DNA from: Verrucomicrobiota bacterium
Lineage (GTDB): Bacteria > Verrucomicrobiota > Lentisphaeria > Lentisphaerales > Lentisphaeraceae
DNA: 40,752 nt
Direction of reading: 5' to 3'
NCBI GenBank assembly: GCA_039798785.1
Contig: JBDKFG010000042.1
Span: 1 to 40,752, forward strand
The notes beneath the pieces were generated by a model. It did not search any database and was not told the origin of the DNA. It saw nothing but the letters and a program-made list of their open reading frames with translations. A program made the translations under genes and the position numbers. Each line of letters starts with the position of its first letter. The first letter of the stretch is position 1. This document shows, piece after piece, positions 1 through 9,139 of the stretch.

Positions 1-433
1 GGGCTGGTTCCTCTTGCAAGGTCTCGCCGACCCCTTCGGCGGGGTCAAGGCCCTCTGGCCGATGTTCGGCATCGCCAACCAGATCCTCGCCGCCATCGCC
101 CTGCTCTTCTGCACCGTCGTCCTCTACCGCCAGGGCGGCTGGAAAACGGCCTGGATCACCGCCATCCCCTTCCTTTTCGTCTGCACCTGCACCCTCACCG
201 CCGCCTTGCAGAAGCTCTTCCACTCGAGCTGGAAGATCGGCTTCTATGCGGATATCCAGCGGCTCGGCGCGGCCATCGCCGAAGGCAAGCTCCTGCCCGG
301 CTACAAGTCGCTCGAACAAATGCAGGCCGCCCTGCGCAACACCTGGATCAACCTGACGATCGACGCCGGCCTGATCCTGCTCACGCTCGCGACGATCGTG
401 TTCGCGCTGCGGGCGATGAGGAAGAAGGCGTGA
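1..433 (+). CDS. cstA: Carbon starvation protein CstA, C-terminal part (5' end outside window)
   Basis: DPFGGVKALWPMFGIANQILAAIAL motif typical of CstA, hydrophobic helices, ybdD-like gene downstream. Confidence 0.9.
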   Translation, partial: GWFLLQGLADPFGGVKALWPMFGIANQILAAIALLFCTVVLYRQGGWKTAWITAIPFLFVCTCTLTAALQKLFHSSWKIGFYADIQRLGAAIAEGKLLPGYKSLEQMQAALRNTWINLTIDAGLILLTLATIVFALRAMRKKA

Positions 434-440
434 AGCCTTC

Positions 441-717
441 TGCGCCCCAGCGGGGCGGCCGGCAGATAGCCCAGGGTGTAGCGACGCAGGAGCAAACCCT
501 GGGTGGCGTTGGCCATGATTCCGAGCCCCGAAGGGGCGTGCAGAATGCGCTCCGGGCCGAGCCTCTGGACGCCCCTCCGGGGCTCGAGGTCAATTCGAAC
601 ACGACCCAGGGTTTGCCCTCGTCCCTCGGGCTACACCCTGGGCTATCTGCCGGCTGCCCCTCCGGGGCAAGAAACACCCCCAAACCGGCTGGCAGCCGGC
701 GCTCCCAGGGACGCCGC
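441..717. repeat. Long nested palindromic REPIN-like element (family A, 441-668) followed by a short REP; copy 1
   Basis: GCCGGCAGATAGCCCAGGGTGTAGC pairs with GCTACACCCTGGGCTATCTGCCGGC; four GCCCC-N3-GGGGC hairpins; near-identical copy at 1133-1410. Confidence 0.9.
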
Positions 718-735
718 CACAACTGGAGAAGTGTC

Positions 736-1107
736 ATGAGAAGATTAACTATTGCTCTCGCTTTGACTGTAGCGTCGATCTCCTGCCAAAACACCCAGAG
801 CCTCGTTCCTTTTGAATCCGATGCGCATTACTTTTCCGAGTCTCCCTTCATTCAACGGGAAGGCGAGGGTTACACCGTACAGTGGCGCTATGGAGAGTGG
901 GAGTTTTATTTTCGCCCGACTCGTGCTGTGGTGAATGGCCAATTGCATCTTTGGGTGCAGGTCAGCACCAGCACGGGTGATGCTCGCGGCAAAATGGGCA
1001 GTATCAAAATTGAGGATACTGACGAGATCCACGCCTTGGAGACCGGTGGCGCCTTCTGGATCAATCCCGATGGCAGCAAAATAGCCATGGAAATCCGCCG
1101 CCGATGA
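736..1107 (+). CDS. Hypothetical exported protein, possible lipoprotein
   Basis: GGAG upstream of ATG 736; MRRLTIALALTVASISC signal-like N-terminus; lower GC than flanks. Confidence 0.65.
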   Translation: MRRLTIALALTVASISCQNTQSLVPFESDAHYFSESPFIQREGEGYTVQWRYGEWEFYFRPTRAVVNGQLHLWVQVSTSTGDARGKMGSIKIEDTDEIHALETGGAFWINPDGSKIAMEIRRR

Positions 1108-1634
1108 ATACCGTAAATCACTCCGTCGACAATGCGCCCCAGCGGGGCGGCCGGCAGATAGCCCAGGGTGTAGCGACGCAGGAGCAAACCCTGGGTGGCG
1201 TTGGCCATGATTCCGAGCCCCGAAGGGGCGTCCAGAATGCGCTCCGGCCCGAGCCTCTGGATGCCCCTCCGGGGCTCGAGGTCAATTCTCACCCGACCCA
1301 GGGTTTGCCCTCGTCCCTCGGGCTACACCCTGGGCTATCTGCCGGCTGCCCCTCCGGGGCAAAAAACTCCCCCCCAACCGGCTGGCAGCCGGCGCTCCCA
1401 GGAACGCCGCTTTGCGGCGAAGGCAACACACCCGGCGGGACGCCGGGGCTCCCAGGGCTTCGCGCCTTCTCCACCTTCCTCCGCCAACTCGTCGGCATCG
1501 GCTCCTACGAGGCCTATTGCCGCCACATGGCTGAGAAACACCCTGACGCCACGCCGCTGAGCCAGGCCGAGTTCGTCGCGGAAGCCGCAAAACGACGGCA
1601 TGATCCGGGACGGCCGGGAAGATGTCCGTGCTAA
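1104..1634 (+). CDS. YbdD/YjiX (DUF466) family protein; conserved part about 1460-1634, N-terminus of the ORF is repeat-derived
   Basis: LRQLVGIGSYEAYCRHMAEKHPDATPLSQAEF...RCPC matches YbdD/YjiX; cstA neighbour; true start uncertain. Confidence 0.7.
   Translation: MNTVNHSVDNAPQRGGRQIAQGVATQEQTLGGVGHDSEPRRGVQNALRPEPLDAPPGLEVNSHPTQGLPSSLGLHPGLSAGCPSGAKNSPPTGWQPALPGTPLCGEGNTPGGTPGLPGLRAFSTFLRQLVGIGSYEAYCRHMAEKHPDATPLSQAEFVAEAAKRRHDPGRPGRCPC
1133..1410. repeat. Family A REPIN-like element plus short REP; copy 2
   Basis: Direct repeat of 441-717 at an offset of 692 bp with few substitutions. Confidence 0.9.
1430..1456. repeat. Short REP (family B variant)
   Basis: CCCGGCG-GGA-CGCCGGG hairpin plus GCTCCCAGG tail; reverse-complement copy at about 4767-4795. 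Confidence 0.8.
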
Positions 1635-1660
1635 TCCAATAACATGAGGAGCACTCTCCG

Positions 1661-2635
1661 ATGTCCACTCGCACCCCTTCTTTTTACCTCCTCGTCCCCG
1701 GTCCTTGGCGGGAGGCTCGATCGCTGGTTGAGCTGCTTGTTGCGAAGGGCTTGCCGGCAGAGATGTCCTTGCCGGATCCAATCGCCAAGGGGCGCCTCCG
1801 CGTCGAGATCGTTGAGGGCGATGATTTCGACCGAGCCTGTGCTTGGGGGCGGTACGGGCGCCTGCCGGAAGACTTGCTGAAAAAGGCCGGGCAATGCTCA
1901 TCTGCGGCCTTGATCGAATGTGGCTTCCTCTTGCACGAAGATCCCGCCCTGATGGCGCGACTCGGCAGTGTGCTTCAAGATGCCGGTGGCGTGCTGGTGC
2001 GCATGGAGGCCTCGGGAGCTGCATCCGATTGGAAGTCCTGGATCAAGGCGATGGAATCAGGAACGCCTTGGGCGATTTATTGCTCTTCGGTCCTGATGGT
2101 CGGAGATGACGAGGATGGAACCGTCACCTGTGGGATGCACCAATTCGACTTGCCGGACGCCCGGATCTGCATGTCTGACCCCGTTCAAGCCATGGCCTGG
2201 CTGGATACCCTCTGCGTCTATCAGATCGCCGAGAAGCCGCTGCTGCAAAGCGGACACACTTTCTCGCCGGATGAAGAGACGCCTCGCCGCAAAATCGAGC
2301 GTTGGCCGGATCTGCTTCATCATTCTGGCGACGGTCGCAGCAATCCCTTCGGTATGTGGAAGGTGCTTGAGCCCGGCGACAACGGAGTGGCGTCTAGCAA
2401 CCCCACACCTGTGATGATGCCCGCATTGCTTGCCATCCTCACGAACGCCGAGCGTCAGAAGGGATCACCTCTGACCCGTGAAGAAGTCGAATCCCTGCGC
2501 GACCAAAGTGCGGCTATCATGATGGAAGCTGCGGATGCCGCAGCCCTCGAGCGCTCCCGCGGCTATGCCGATATCCTGCCCGAACGAGCTTGGGAGCAAT
2601 GGCATGCTCTGAAACAGCTGAATAAGCAAGCTTGA
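1661..2635 (+). CDS. DUF4261-like hypothetical protein
   Basis: GAGGAG RBS; TCGMHQFDLPD, SGHTF and NPFGMW motifs. Confidence 0.65.
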   Translation: MSTRTPSFYLLVPGPWREARSLVELLVAKGLPAEMSLPDPIAKGRLRVEIVEGDDFDRACAWGRYGRLPEDLLKKAGQCSSAALIECGFLLHEDPALMARLGSVLQDAGGVLVRMEASGAASDWKSWIKAMESGTPWAIYCSSVLMVGDDEDGTVTCGMHQFDLPDARICMSDPVQAMAWLDTLCVYQIAEKPLLQSGHTFSPDEETPRRKIERWPDLLHHSGDGRSNPFGMWKVLEPGDNGVASSNPTPVMMPALLAILTNAERQKGSPLTREEVESLRDQSAAIMMEAADAAALERSRGYADILPERAWEQWHALKQLNKQA

Positions 2636-2669
2636 TAAATCTCTCTGCCCCCAAAAAAGGATCCGCCCC

Positions 2670-3110
2670 ATGAGCACCGTCCGTTTCCACCGCGTCCTGC
2701 GTTGTTCTCCCGAGAAGATCTATCGCGCCTTCACCGAGGCTGCCGCGATGGAGAAGTGGTTGCCGCCGAACGGCTTCACCGGCAAGGTTCATTCGATGGA
2801 TGCGCGGGTCGGCGGCGGCTTCCGGATGAGCTTCACCCACTTCGGCAATGGCCAGAGCCACAGCTTCGGCGGCGAGTATATCGAGATGAAACCCTTCGAG
2901 CGACTGGTCTACACCGACAAGTTCGACGACCCGAACCTGCCGGGTCTGATGAAGGTCACGGTCGAGCTGAAGGCGGTTAGCTGTGGCACCGAGCTGAGCA
3001 TCGCCCAGGAGGGGATCCCGGAAGTGATCCCGACCGAGATGTGCTACCTCGGCTGGCAGGAGTCGCTGACCCTGCTGGCGCAGCTGGTCGAGGCTGAGAT
3101 TCCCGGTTGA
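2670..3110 (+). CDS. SRPBCC (AHSA1/START-like) family protein
   Basis: HRVLRCSPEKIYRAF...KWLPPNGFT...CYLGWQESL. Confidence 0.9.
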   Translation: MSTVRFHRVLRCSPEKIYRAFTEAAAMEKWLPPNGFTGKVHSMDARVGGGFRMSFTHFGNGQSHSFGGEYIEMKPFERLVYTDKFDDPNLPGLMKVTVELKAVSCGTELSIAQEGIPEVIPTEMCYLGWQESLTLLAQLVEAEIPG

Positions 3111-3216
3111 CAGCTTTAGGCTCTGCCTTGTCCTGTTGACGCGCTTCCCCTTGGGCCAAGCCGTGCTAGATTGGCGAGCTCGAAACCGCATCAAAATCCA
3201 GGAAATCCTCCCGCTT

Positions 3217-4665
3217 ATGGAATTCGAACCCGTCATCGGCCTTGAGATCCACATCCAGTGCCGCACCCAGTCGAAAATGTTCTGCACCTGCCGCAACACC
3301 ACGGGCGAAGAACCTAACACCAACACCTGCCCGATCTGCACCGCCCAGCCCGGCGTCATGCCACGCATCAACGAAGAAGCGGTGCACCAGATGATCGTCG
3401 CCGGTTTGATGACCGACTGCACCATCGCCGAACACTCCAAGTTCGACCGCAAGTCCTACTACTACCCCGACATGCCGAAGAACTACCAGATCACCCAGTA
3501 CGACCTGCCGATCTGCCTCGACGGCCGCATTCCCATCGGCGGCAAGGGCCTCTCCGAACAGCCGATCACCCCGCGCTACATCGGCCTCGAACGCATCCAC
3601 CTCGAAGAAGACGTCGGCAAGTCGACCCACTACAAGGGCTTCTCCCACGTCGACTACAACCGCGCCGGCATCCCCCTGATGGAAACCGTCTCCCGCCCCG
3701 ACATGCGCTCCGCCGACGAAGCCTACGCCTACGTCCTCTCGCTCCAGCAGATCATGCGCTACGGCGGCGTCTCCGACTGCGACCAGGAAAAGGGCCAGTT
3801 CCGCTGCGACGTCAACATCTCGCTCCGCCCCAAAGGCGTCGAGAAGTTCGGCACCAAGGTCGAGATCAAGAACCTCAACTCCACCCGCCACATCTGGCTG
3901 TCGATCAACCACGAGATCGAGCGCCAGGCCGCCATCTACCGCGCCGGCGGCACGATCCGCCAGGAGACCCGCCGCTGGGACGACGCCGCCCAGGAAACCG
4001 TCTTCATGCGCTCGAAAGAGACCGCCGACGACTACCGCTACTTCCCCGAACCCGACCTGCCGCCCCTGCACATCCCCGCTGAGCAGGTCGACAAGGTCCG
4101 CGCCACCCTGCCGCTCACCCCGCAGAAGATCCGCGAGAAGATGACCGGTGAATTCGGCGTCTCGGAATACGACGCGCACGTCCTCACCCTCGAGAAGGAA
4201 ACCTGCGACTACTTCCTCGCCGCCGCCGCCGTCGCACCCAAGGCCGGCAAGGGCATCGCCAACATCATGATGAACTGGATGTTCCGCGACCTCGCCGCCG
4301 CCGGCCAGAAGCTCGCTGACTGCAAGATCCAGCCGGTCCAGCTCGGCCAGCTCGTCGCTCTGATGGAAGACGGCACCGTCTCCACCAAGATCGCCCAGAC
4401 GGTATTCGCCGAAATGCTCGCCTCGGGCAAGGACCCCAAGACCATCGTCGAGGAGAAGGGCCTGGTCCAGGTCAGCGACACCGGCGCGATCACCGAATTC
4501 GCCCGCCAGGCCATCGCCGCCAACCCCAAGGCGGTCGGCGAATACAAGGAAGGCAAGGGCGCCGCCGTCCAGTTCCTCGTCGGCCAGGTGATGAAGCTCT
4601 CCAAGGGCAAGGCCAACCCGGGCCTCCTCCAGCAGATCCTCAAGGACGAACTCGACAAGCTCTGA
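3217..4665 (+). CDS. gatB: Asp-tRNA(Asn)/Glu-tRNA(Gln) amidotransferase subunit B
   Basis: FEPVIGLEIHIQ, FDRKSYYYPDMPKNYQITQ, DYNRAGIPLME, DYRYFPEPDL. Confidence 0.97.
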   Translation: MEFEPVIGLEIHIQCRTQSKMFCTCRNTTGEEPNTNTCPICTAQPGVMPRINEEAVHQMIVAGLMTDCTIAEHSKFDRKSYYYPDMPKNYQITQYDLPICLDGRIPIGGKGLSEQPITPRYIGLERIHLEEDVGKSTHYKGFSHVDYNRAGIPLMETVSRPDMRSADEAYAYVLSLQQIMRYGGVSDCDQEKGQFRCDVNISLRPKGVEKFGTKVEIKNLNSTRHIWLSINHEIERQAAIYRAGGTIRQETRRWDDAAQETVFMRSKETADDYRYFPEPDLPPLHIPAEQVDKVRATLPLTPQKIREKMTGEFGVSEYDAHVLTLEKETCDYFLAAAAVAPKAGKGIANIMMNWMFRDLAAAGQKLADCKIQPVQLGQLVALMEDGTVSTKIAQTVFAEMLASGKDPKTIVEEKGLVQVSDTGAITEFARQAIAANPKAVGEYKEGKGAAVQFLVGQVMKLSKGKANPGLLQQILKDELDKL

Positions 4666-4683
4666 TCCCTGAGCAAAGGAACT

Positions 4684-4719
4684 CCCCCGGCCGCCTCGAG
4701 CTGCCGGGGGATTTTGTTT
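4684..4719 (+). terminator. Intrinsic terminator after gatB
   Basis: TCCCCCGGC...GCCGGGGGA stem followed by TTTTGTTT. Confidence 0.7.
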
Positions 4720-4728
4720 CCTCACAAA

Positions 4729-4795
4729 TGTGGGAGGCCGCCTCTGGCGGGCGATTGTCTTGTCTGCCTTGGGAGCCCCGGCGTCCCGCCGGGTG
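4729..4795. repeat. Two REP-like hairpins (GTGGGAG-type and family B)
   Basis: GTGGGAGGCCGCC-TCT-GGCGG and TTGGGAGCCCCGGCGTCCCGCCGGGTG. Confidence 0.65.
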
Positions 4796-5016
4796 ATGTT
4801 GCCGCCAATTTCCCGACCCGATGGACCGGGCTGTCAAAAGCGGTCCATCGGGCCGGAGGCTAGATCCGCCTGAGAAGCACGGCAGCATTTCTTCCGGCGC
4901 GATGAACCTTTCACGTCACTGCGACGATTCCTCTGATGGAGTCCAGCTCTTGCTTTGTCGGCGGGCGCGGACTTACCTTGGAATCATCCGCAGCCTTCAC
5001 AACTCGAGAGGTCCCC

Positions 5017-6267
5017 ATGAATCGCCGTCAATTCGCCTTCGCCTTCAGCGCCGCCCTGATTTCCGCTTCTTGGGAAAGCGGCGGCAAGACCAGTGCCAGC
5101 CCTCCCGCCTTCGGCGCCGGCCTCACGGACTTCAGTGTCGATCTCCTTCGCGAGCAGCTCAAGCAGCCTGGCAACGTCCTCAGCGGCTGCTTTGGCGTCT
5201 ATGAGAATCTCGCACTGTCCTCCCTCGGCGCGCAAGGACCCGGACTCGCCGCCTTGCAAAAACAGCTCGGACTTCCCGAGGCCGCGGCGCTGCAAAAGGA
5301 ACTCGCCGCCTTCCACGCCGGCCTCGCCAAGAAGAGCAACTGCGCCCTCGCCAGCTCGCTGTGGATCGATCAGCGCTACGCCCGATTCCGCGACGACTTC
5401 CTCAAACAGGTGCGGGACAGCGGCGCCGCGGTCGAGGCCATCGACTACGCCCAGGCCAAGGCGGCCGCGGCAACCCTCAACCACTGGGCTTCGACCCAGA
5501 CCCGCAAGCAGATCGCCGAACTGGTCAAGGCCGAGGATTTCGCCTCGAAAAGCCGTCCCGGCCTGATCGTCGAACCGGCCCTCACCCTGCTCAGCGCCTC
5601 ATGGTTCAAGGACCAGTGGCGCAGCCGCTTCGACAAGGCGCTAAGTTCGCCCCAGGACTTCCGCGGCAGCGAGGTCCGCAAAGTGACGATGATGCGCCAA
5701 ACCGCCAGCCTCCGTTACGCCGCCGATGCCCACTTCGAGATGCTCGAAATGCCGATGGCCGACCAGGACTTCGCCTTCCTCTTCCTCCTGCCCCGCCCGA
5801 ATCGCAGCTTGCCGGAATCCCTCGCCAGCTTCCAGGCCGAGGCTTTCAGCTCATTGCAGGACCGCCTCTTGAGATCCACCGTCAATCTCGCTCTGCCGCG
5901 CTTCAAGCTGCGGCAGCAGACGGATCTTCTCGGCCTGCTCAAGCCGGGCCCCTTGAAGCCGGTTTTCGGCACGGACACCTTCACGCCGATGATCGTGCCG
6001 AAGACCGAGGCCATGACCCTGGCCATCGACACCTTCGCCGAAGAAGCGATGATCGAGGTCAACGAGGACGGCGCCGAAGCCGCCGCCGTCACCAAGCAGG
6101 TCCATTATTCGATCGGCTGTGCGGCGCTGCCGCCGACGAGGACCATCGACTTCGTCTGCGACCGTCCCTTCCTCTTCTTCATCGTCCACCAGCCGACGCG
6201 GCTGCCCCTCTTTGCCAGAGCCTTGCAGGAGGCACCGGAAGCAGAATCGTCGCCGGTGAAGAACTAG
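5017..6267 (+). CDS. Serpin (serine protease inhibitor), predicted Tat-exported
   Basis: WFKDQW..RFD, LPRFKL, hinge EVNEDGAEAAAVT, FVCDRPFLFFI; N-terminal MNRRQF. Confidence 0.9.
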   Translation: MNRRQFAFAFSAALISASWESGGKTSASPPAFGAGLTDFSVDLLREQLKQPGNVLSGCFGVYENLALSSLGAQGPGLAALQKQLGLPEAAALQKELAAFHAGLAKKSNCALASSLWIDQRYARFRDDFLKQVRDSGAAVEAIDYAQAKAAAATLNHWASTQTRKQIAELVKAEDFASKSRPGLIVEPALTLLSASWFKDQWRSRFDKALSSPQDFRGSEVRKVTMMRQTASLRYAADAHFEMLEMPMADQDFAFLFLLPRPNRSLPESLASFQAEAFSSLQDRLLRSTVNLALPRFKLRQQTDLLGLLKPGPLKPVFGTDTFTPMIVPKTEAMTLAIDTFAEEAMIEVNEDGAEAAAVTKQVHYSIGCAALPPTRTIDFVCDRPFLFFIVHQPTRLPLFARALQEAPEAESSPVKN

Positions 6268-7004
6268 TCGCTCAGGCGCTTGGGCGACCAGACCACGACG
6301 TCGATGCTGCGGCTGAAATGGAGCAAGGACGGCGGGCCGGACAGCGGGGTTCCTTGGCTGGATCCCATGGTTTCGAGCTCGAATTCGGCCGTGGCGTCCT
6401 GCAGGAGCCAAGGTGCGTGATGGATGTCACAGCGGTAGAGCGCGCCGGCTTTCGACCGGGCGAAAAGGCAATAGCGCTCGGTGAGCCAGTGTTCGAGGCT
6501 GCCGGGCTGGGTTTGTCGCGGCGGCGAAGTCGGGCGATACTTCACTTGGAGCGCGGCGCTGGAATCCCGGCGTTGCGAGCGATACGTAATCTCTTCACCG
6601 CTCCGGGCCAGACTCATGTCGGCGCGGAAATAGGGCAGATGGAAGAAGCGTTTCGCCGCCCAAATTGCCAGGGGTTGGGTCGCGTCGAGGCTGACAAACC
6701 AGACCCCGGGGCGTCCCTGATATTCGACATAGAGGCGGAGATTGAGCTCCGGGAAAGCCGAAACCCCAGGGATGTCCGGCAGGCCGCGGTGAGTCACTCC
6801 CTCCATCCGAAAGGGCACCAGGCCGACCCAGGAAGTGCCCTCGAATTCCTGGATCTTCAGCTCCGGCGGCACCAGGGGCTGAAGCGCCGCAGCCGGCATC
6901 GGCCAATGAGCAAAAAGCAGATCGTGCCAGCTCTGCCGCCAGCGCCAGGGCGAGTCCGGCAGAGGCCAGGGGCGATGGGCGAGGTGGTGGAGAGAGGGGT
7001 GCAT
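6264..7004 (-). CDS. YqjF/DUF2071 family protein
   Basis: QSWHDLLFAHW, FPELNLRLYV, GVWFVSLDA, WLTERY. Confidence 0.9.
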   Translation of the reverse strand: MHPSLHHLAHRPWPLPDSPWRWRQSWHDLLFAHWPMPAAALQPLVPPELKIQEFEGTSWVGLVPFRMEGVTHRGLPDIPGVSAFPELNLRLYVEYQGRPGVWFVSLDATQPLAIWAAKRFFHLPYFRADMSLARSGEEITYRSQRRDSSAALQVKYRPTSPPRQTQPGSLEHWLTERYCLFARSKAGALYRCDIHHAPWLLQDATAEFELETMGSSQGTPLSGPPSLLHFSRSIDVVVWSPKRLSD

Positions 7005-7009
7005 GAAAA

Positions 7010-7381
7010 TCAGAGCTTGGTTGGGGAAATGGGGATCATGGGCAAATATAAGCTCAGAACGATAAGCGCGGCGAGAATCAGGAGGAGGCTTAGGCCTACG
7101 GCAAAAGAAAGCTGCGCCTCCTTGGAATTGTTCTTTTCGTCTTGAGTACACTCGTAGAAATGCCACGATGCCGAAGCAGAGGCAAGAAGAAGGCAAAGAG
7201 CCATCATGGGTGAGGCCATTCCCCCTTCAGTCAAACGCAAAACCATCGCGGTCAATCCGGGCAGGGGCTCCCCCTTTAAAGTTTCATCGAAACGGATTTT
7301 CATTCGTGCTGACACTAGGATAGTTCCGATGCCGAAAATCAGGAAATTGAGAAACAGAGTCGCAGACGTGAAGTATCGCAT
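7010..7381 (-). CDS. Hypothetical membrane protein
   Basis: Three hydrophobic segments; LPGLT and SLYLPM resemble a PilC/GspF-like C-terminal module; lower GC. Confidence 0.55.
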   Translation of the reverse strand: MRYFTSATLFLNFLIFGIGTILVSARMKIRFDETLKGEPLPGLTAMVLRLTEGGMASPMMALCLLLASASASWHFYECTQDEKNNSKEAQLSFAVGLSLLLILAALIVLSLYLPMIPISPTKL

Positions 7382-7413
7382 CTTAGAGGACTCCGCAGGG
7401 ATTGACATCAAGG

Positions 7414-7445
7414 AAACACCCCGATCGTTCAGGATCGGGGCGTTT
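7414..7445 (-). terminator. Hairpin terminator after lysS
   Basis: CCCCGATC-N6-GATCGGGG stem flanked by A/T runs. Confidence 0.6.
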
Positions 7446-7455
7446 GGCTCATTAT

Positions 7456-8940
7456 TCAGGCCTTGTCGTTCTTCAGCTGCGGGAAGAGGATGACATCGCG
7501 GATGGTCGGGGCTGCGGTGAGGAGCATGATCAGGCGGTCGATGCCGAGGCCCATGCCGCCGGCGGGGGGCATGCCGTGCTCGAGGGCGAGGAGGAAGCCT
7601 TCGTCGATGGTGCCGGACTCTTCGTCCTCGGTGCCCTTGGTGAACTCCTGCTGCGCCTTCAGGCGCTTCAGCTGCTCGACCGGGTCGTTGAGCTCGGAAT
7701 AGCCGGGAGCGAGCTCGCGGCCGTCGACCACGAATTCGAAGACGTCGACCAGCTCGGGATTGTCGTCGCAGCGCTTGGCGAGGGGGACCAGATAGGCGGG
7801 CAGGCGGCAGACGAAGGTCGGCTGGGTGAGGGCGTGCTCGATCTTTTTCGAGTAGACCTCGTGGTTGACGTCGTTGTCGTCCCAGTCGTCGCCGATGAAG
7901 AGGCCGTAGCTGCGGGCCAGCTCGATGCGCTTGGCGAGGGGCAGTTCAAACCACTCGGCGACGGTGCCCTGGCGGACCAGGTCGTGGTAGGTGGCGACGC
8001 GGAAGGGCGCTTCGAGGTTGATGACCTTGCCGTTGCCGTGGTCGATGTGGAGGGTGCCGAGGACGGTCTGGGCGACGTGGCGGAGCATCCCTTCGACCAG
8101 GGCCATCATGCTGCGGCAGTCGCCGTAAGCCTGGTAGACTTCGATGGCGGTGAACTCGGGGTTGTGCTGCTTGGAGAGGCCTTCGTTGCGGAAGTTGCGG
8201 TTGATCTCGAAGACCTTCTCGAAGCCGCCGACGAGGAGCTGCTTCAGGTAGAGCTCGGGAGCGATCCGCATGTACATCTTCATGTCGAGGGCGTTGTAAT
8301 GGGTGACGAAGGGGCGCGCGGTGGCACCGCCGGGGATGGGGTGCATCATCGGGGTTTCGACTTCCATGTAGCCGTCGGTCTCGAGGAAGCGGCGGATCTC
8401 GCGCAGGATGGCGGAGCGCAGCTTGAAGACGCGGCGCGATTCCTCGTTGGCGATCAGGTCGAGATAGCGCTGGCGGTAGCAGGTCTCGACGTCGGCGAGA
8501 CCGTGGAATTTCTCGGGCAGAGGACGCAGGGCCTTGGAGAGGACGCGGTAGGCCTGGGCGTGGACGGTGATTTCGCCGGTCTTGGTGCGGAAGACGAAGC
8601 CTTCGACGCCGATGATGTCGCCGAGGTCGAGCTTGGACAGGCGCTTGTAGCCTTCGTCGCCGAGGTCGTTTTTCGAGGCGTAGCACTGGATCCGGCCTTC
8701 TTCGTCCTGGATGGTGAAGAACATCGCCTTGCCCATGTTGCGGGCGAGCATGATGCGGCCGGCGACCTTGACCTGGCGGGGCGGTTGCTCCTCGTCCTGG
8801 AAGGCGGCCTTGACGGCGAGCGAGCGGGCGGTGCCGGGGAAGGCGCTGCCGTAGGCGTCGACGCCGGCTTCGTTCAGGCCGGCGAGGTTGAGGCAGCGTT
8901 GCTTGTATTGCTCGTTGTGGTCGAGGAGATGTTCGGACAT
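7456..8940 (-). CDS. lysS: Lysine--tRNA ligase (class II)
   Basis: YRQRYLDLI, MRIAPELYLKQL, FRNEGLSKQHNPEFT, GMGLGIDRL. Confidence 0.97.
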   Translation of the reverse strand: MSEHLLDHNEQYKQRCLNLAGLNEAGVDAYGSAFPGTARSLAVKAAFQDEEQPPRQVKVAGRIMLARNMGKAMFFTIQDEEGRIQCYASKNDLGDEGYKRLSKLDLGDIIGVEGFVFRTKTGEITVHAQAYRVLSKALRPLPEKFHGLADVETCYRQRYLDLIANEESRRVFKLRSAILREIRRFLETDGYMEVETPMMHPIPGGATARPFVTHYNALDMKMYMRIAPELYLKQLLVGGFEKVFEINRNFRNEGLSKQHNPEFTAIEVYQAYGDCRSMMALVEGMLRHVAQTVLGTLHIDHGNGKVINLEAPFRVATYHDLVRQGTVAEWFELPLAKRIELARSYGLFIGDDWDDNDVNHEVYSKKIEHALTQPTFVCRLPAYLVPLAKRCDDNPELVDVFEFVVDGRELAPGYSELNDPVEQLKRLKAQQEFTKGTEDEESGTIDEGFLLALEHGMPPAGGMGLGIDRLIMLLTAAPTIRDVILFPQLKNDKA

Positions 8941-9139
8941 GGAGGAGCTTCCTGCGTTGCGTTTGTGAAAGGGCGAAAGATAGCCATTCTGCCGCAAAGG
9001 GGAAGCGGGGGGAGTTAGGGTTTTTCCGGGGATTTCTATCAGGGCAGCAGCTAGCCTGCGCTGGCGCGGGCTGTGTCATGGGTTGAAACTGGCAGTCTCC
9101 GGCTATCTTGCCTGACTGCATTTTTTTCAGGAGACGTAC

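Noticed and set aside
441..1456. Possible CRISPR array from recurring 26-28 bp repeats
   Set aside because: Irregular spacing, mixed orientation, no unique equal-length spacers and no cas genes; explained as REPs
1620..1640. Selenocysteine at the YbdD C-terminus
   Set aside because: Both terminal Cys are TGT/TGC and the stop is TAA; no in-frame TGA
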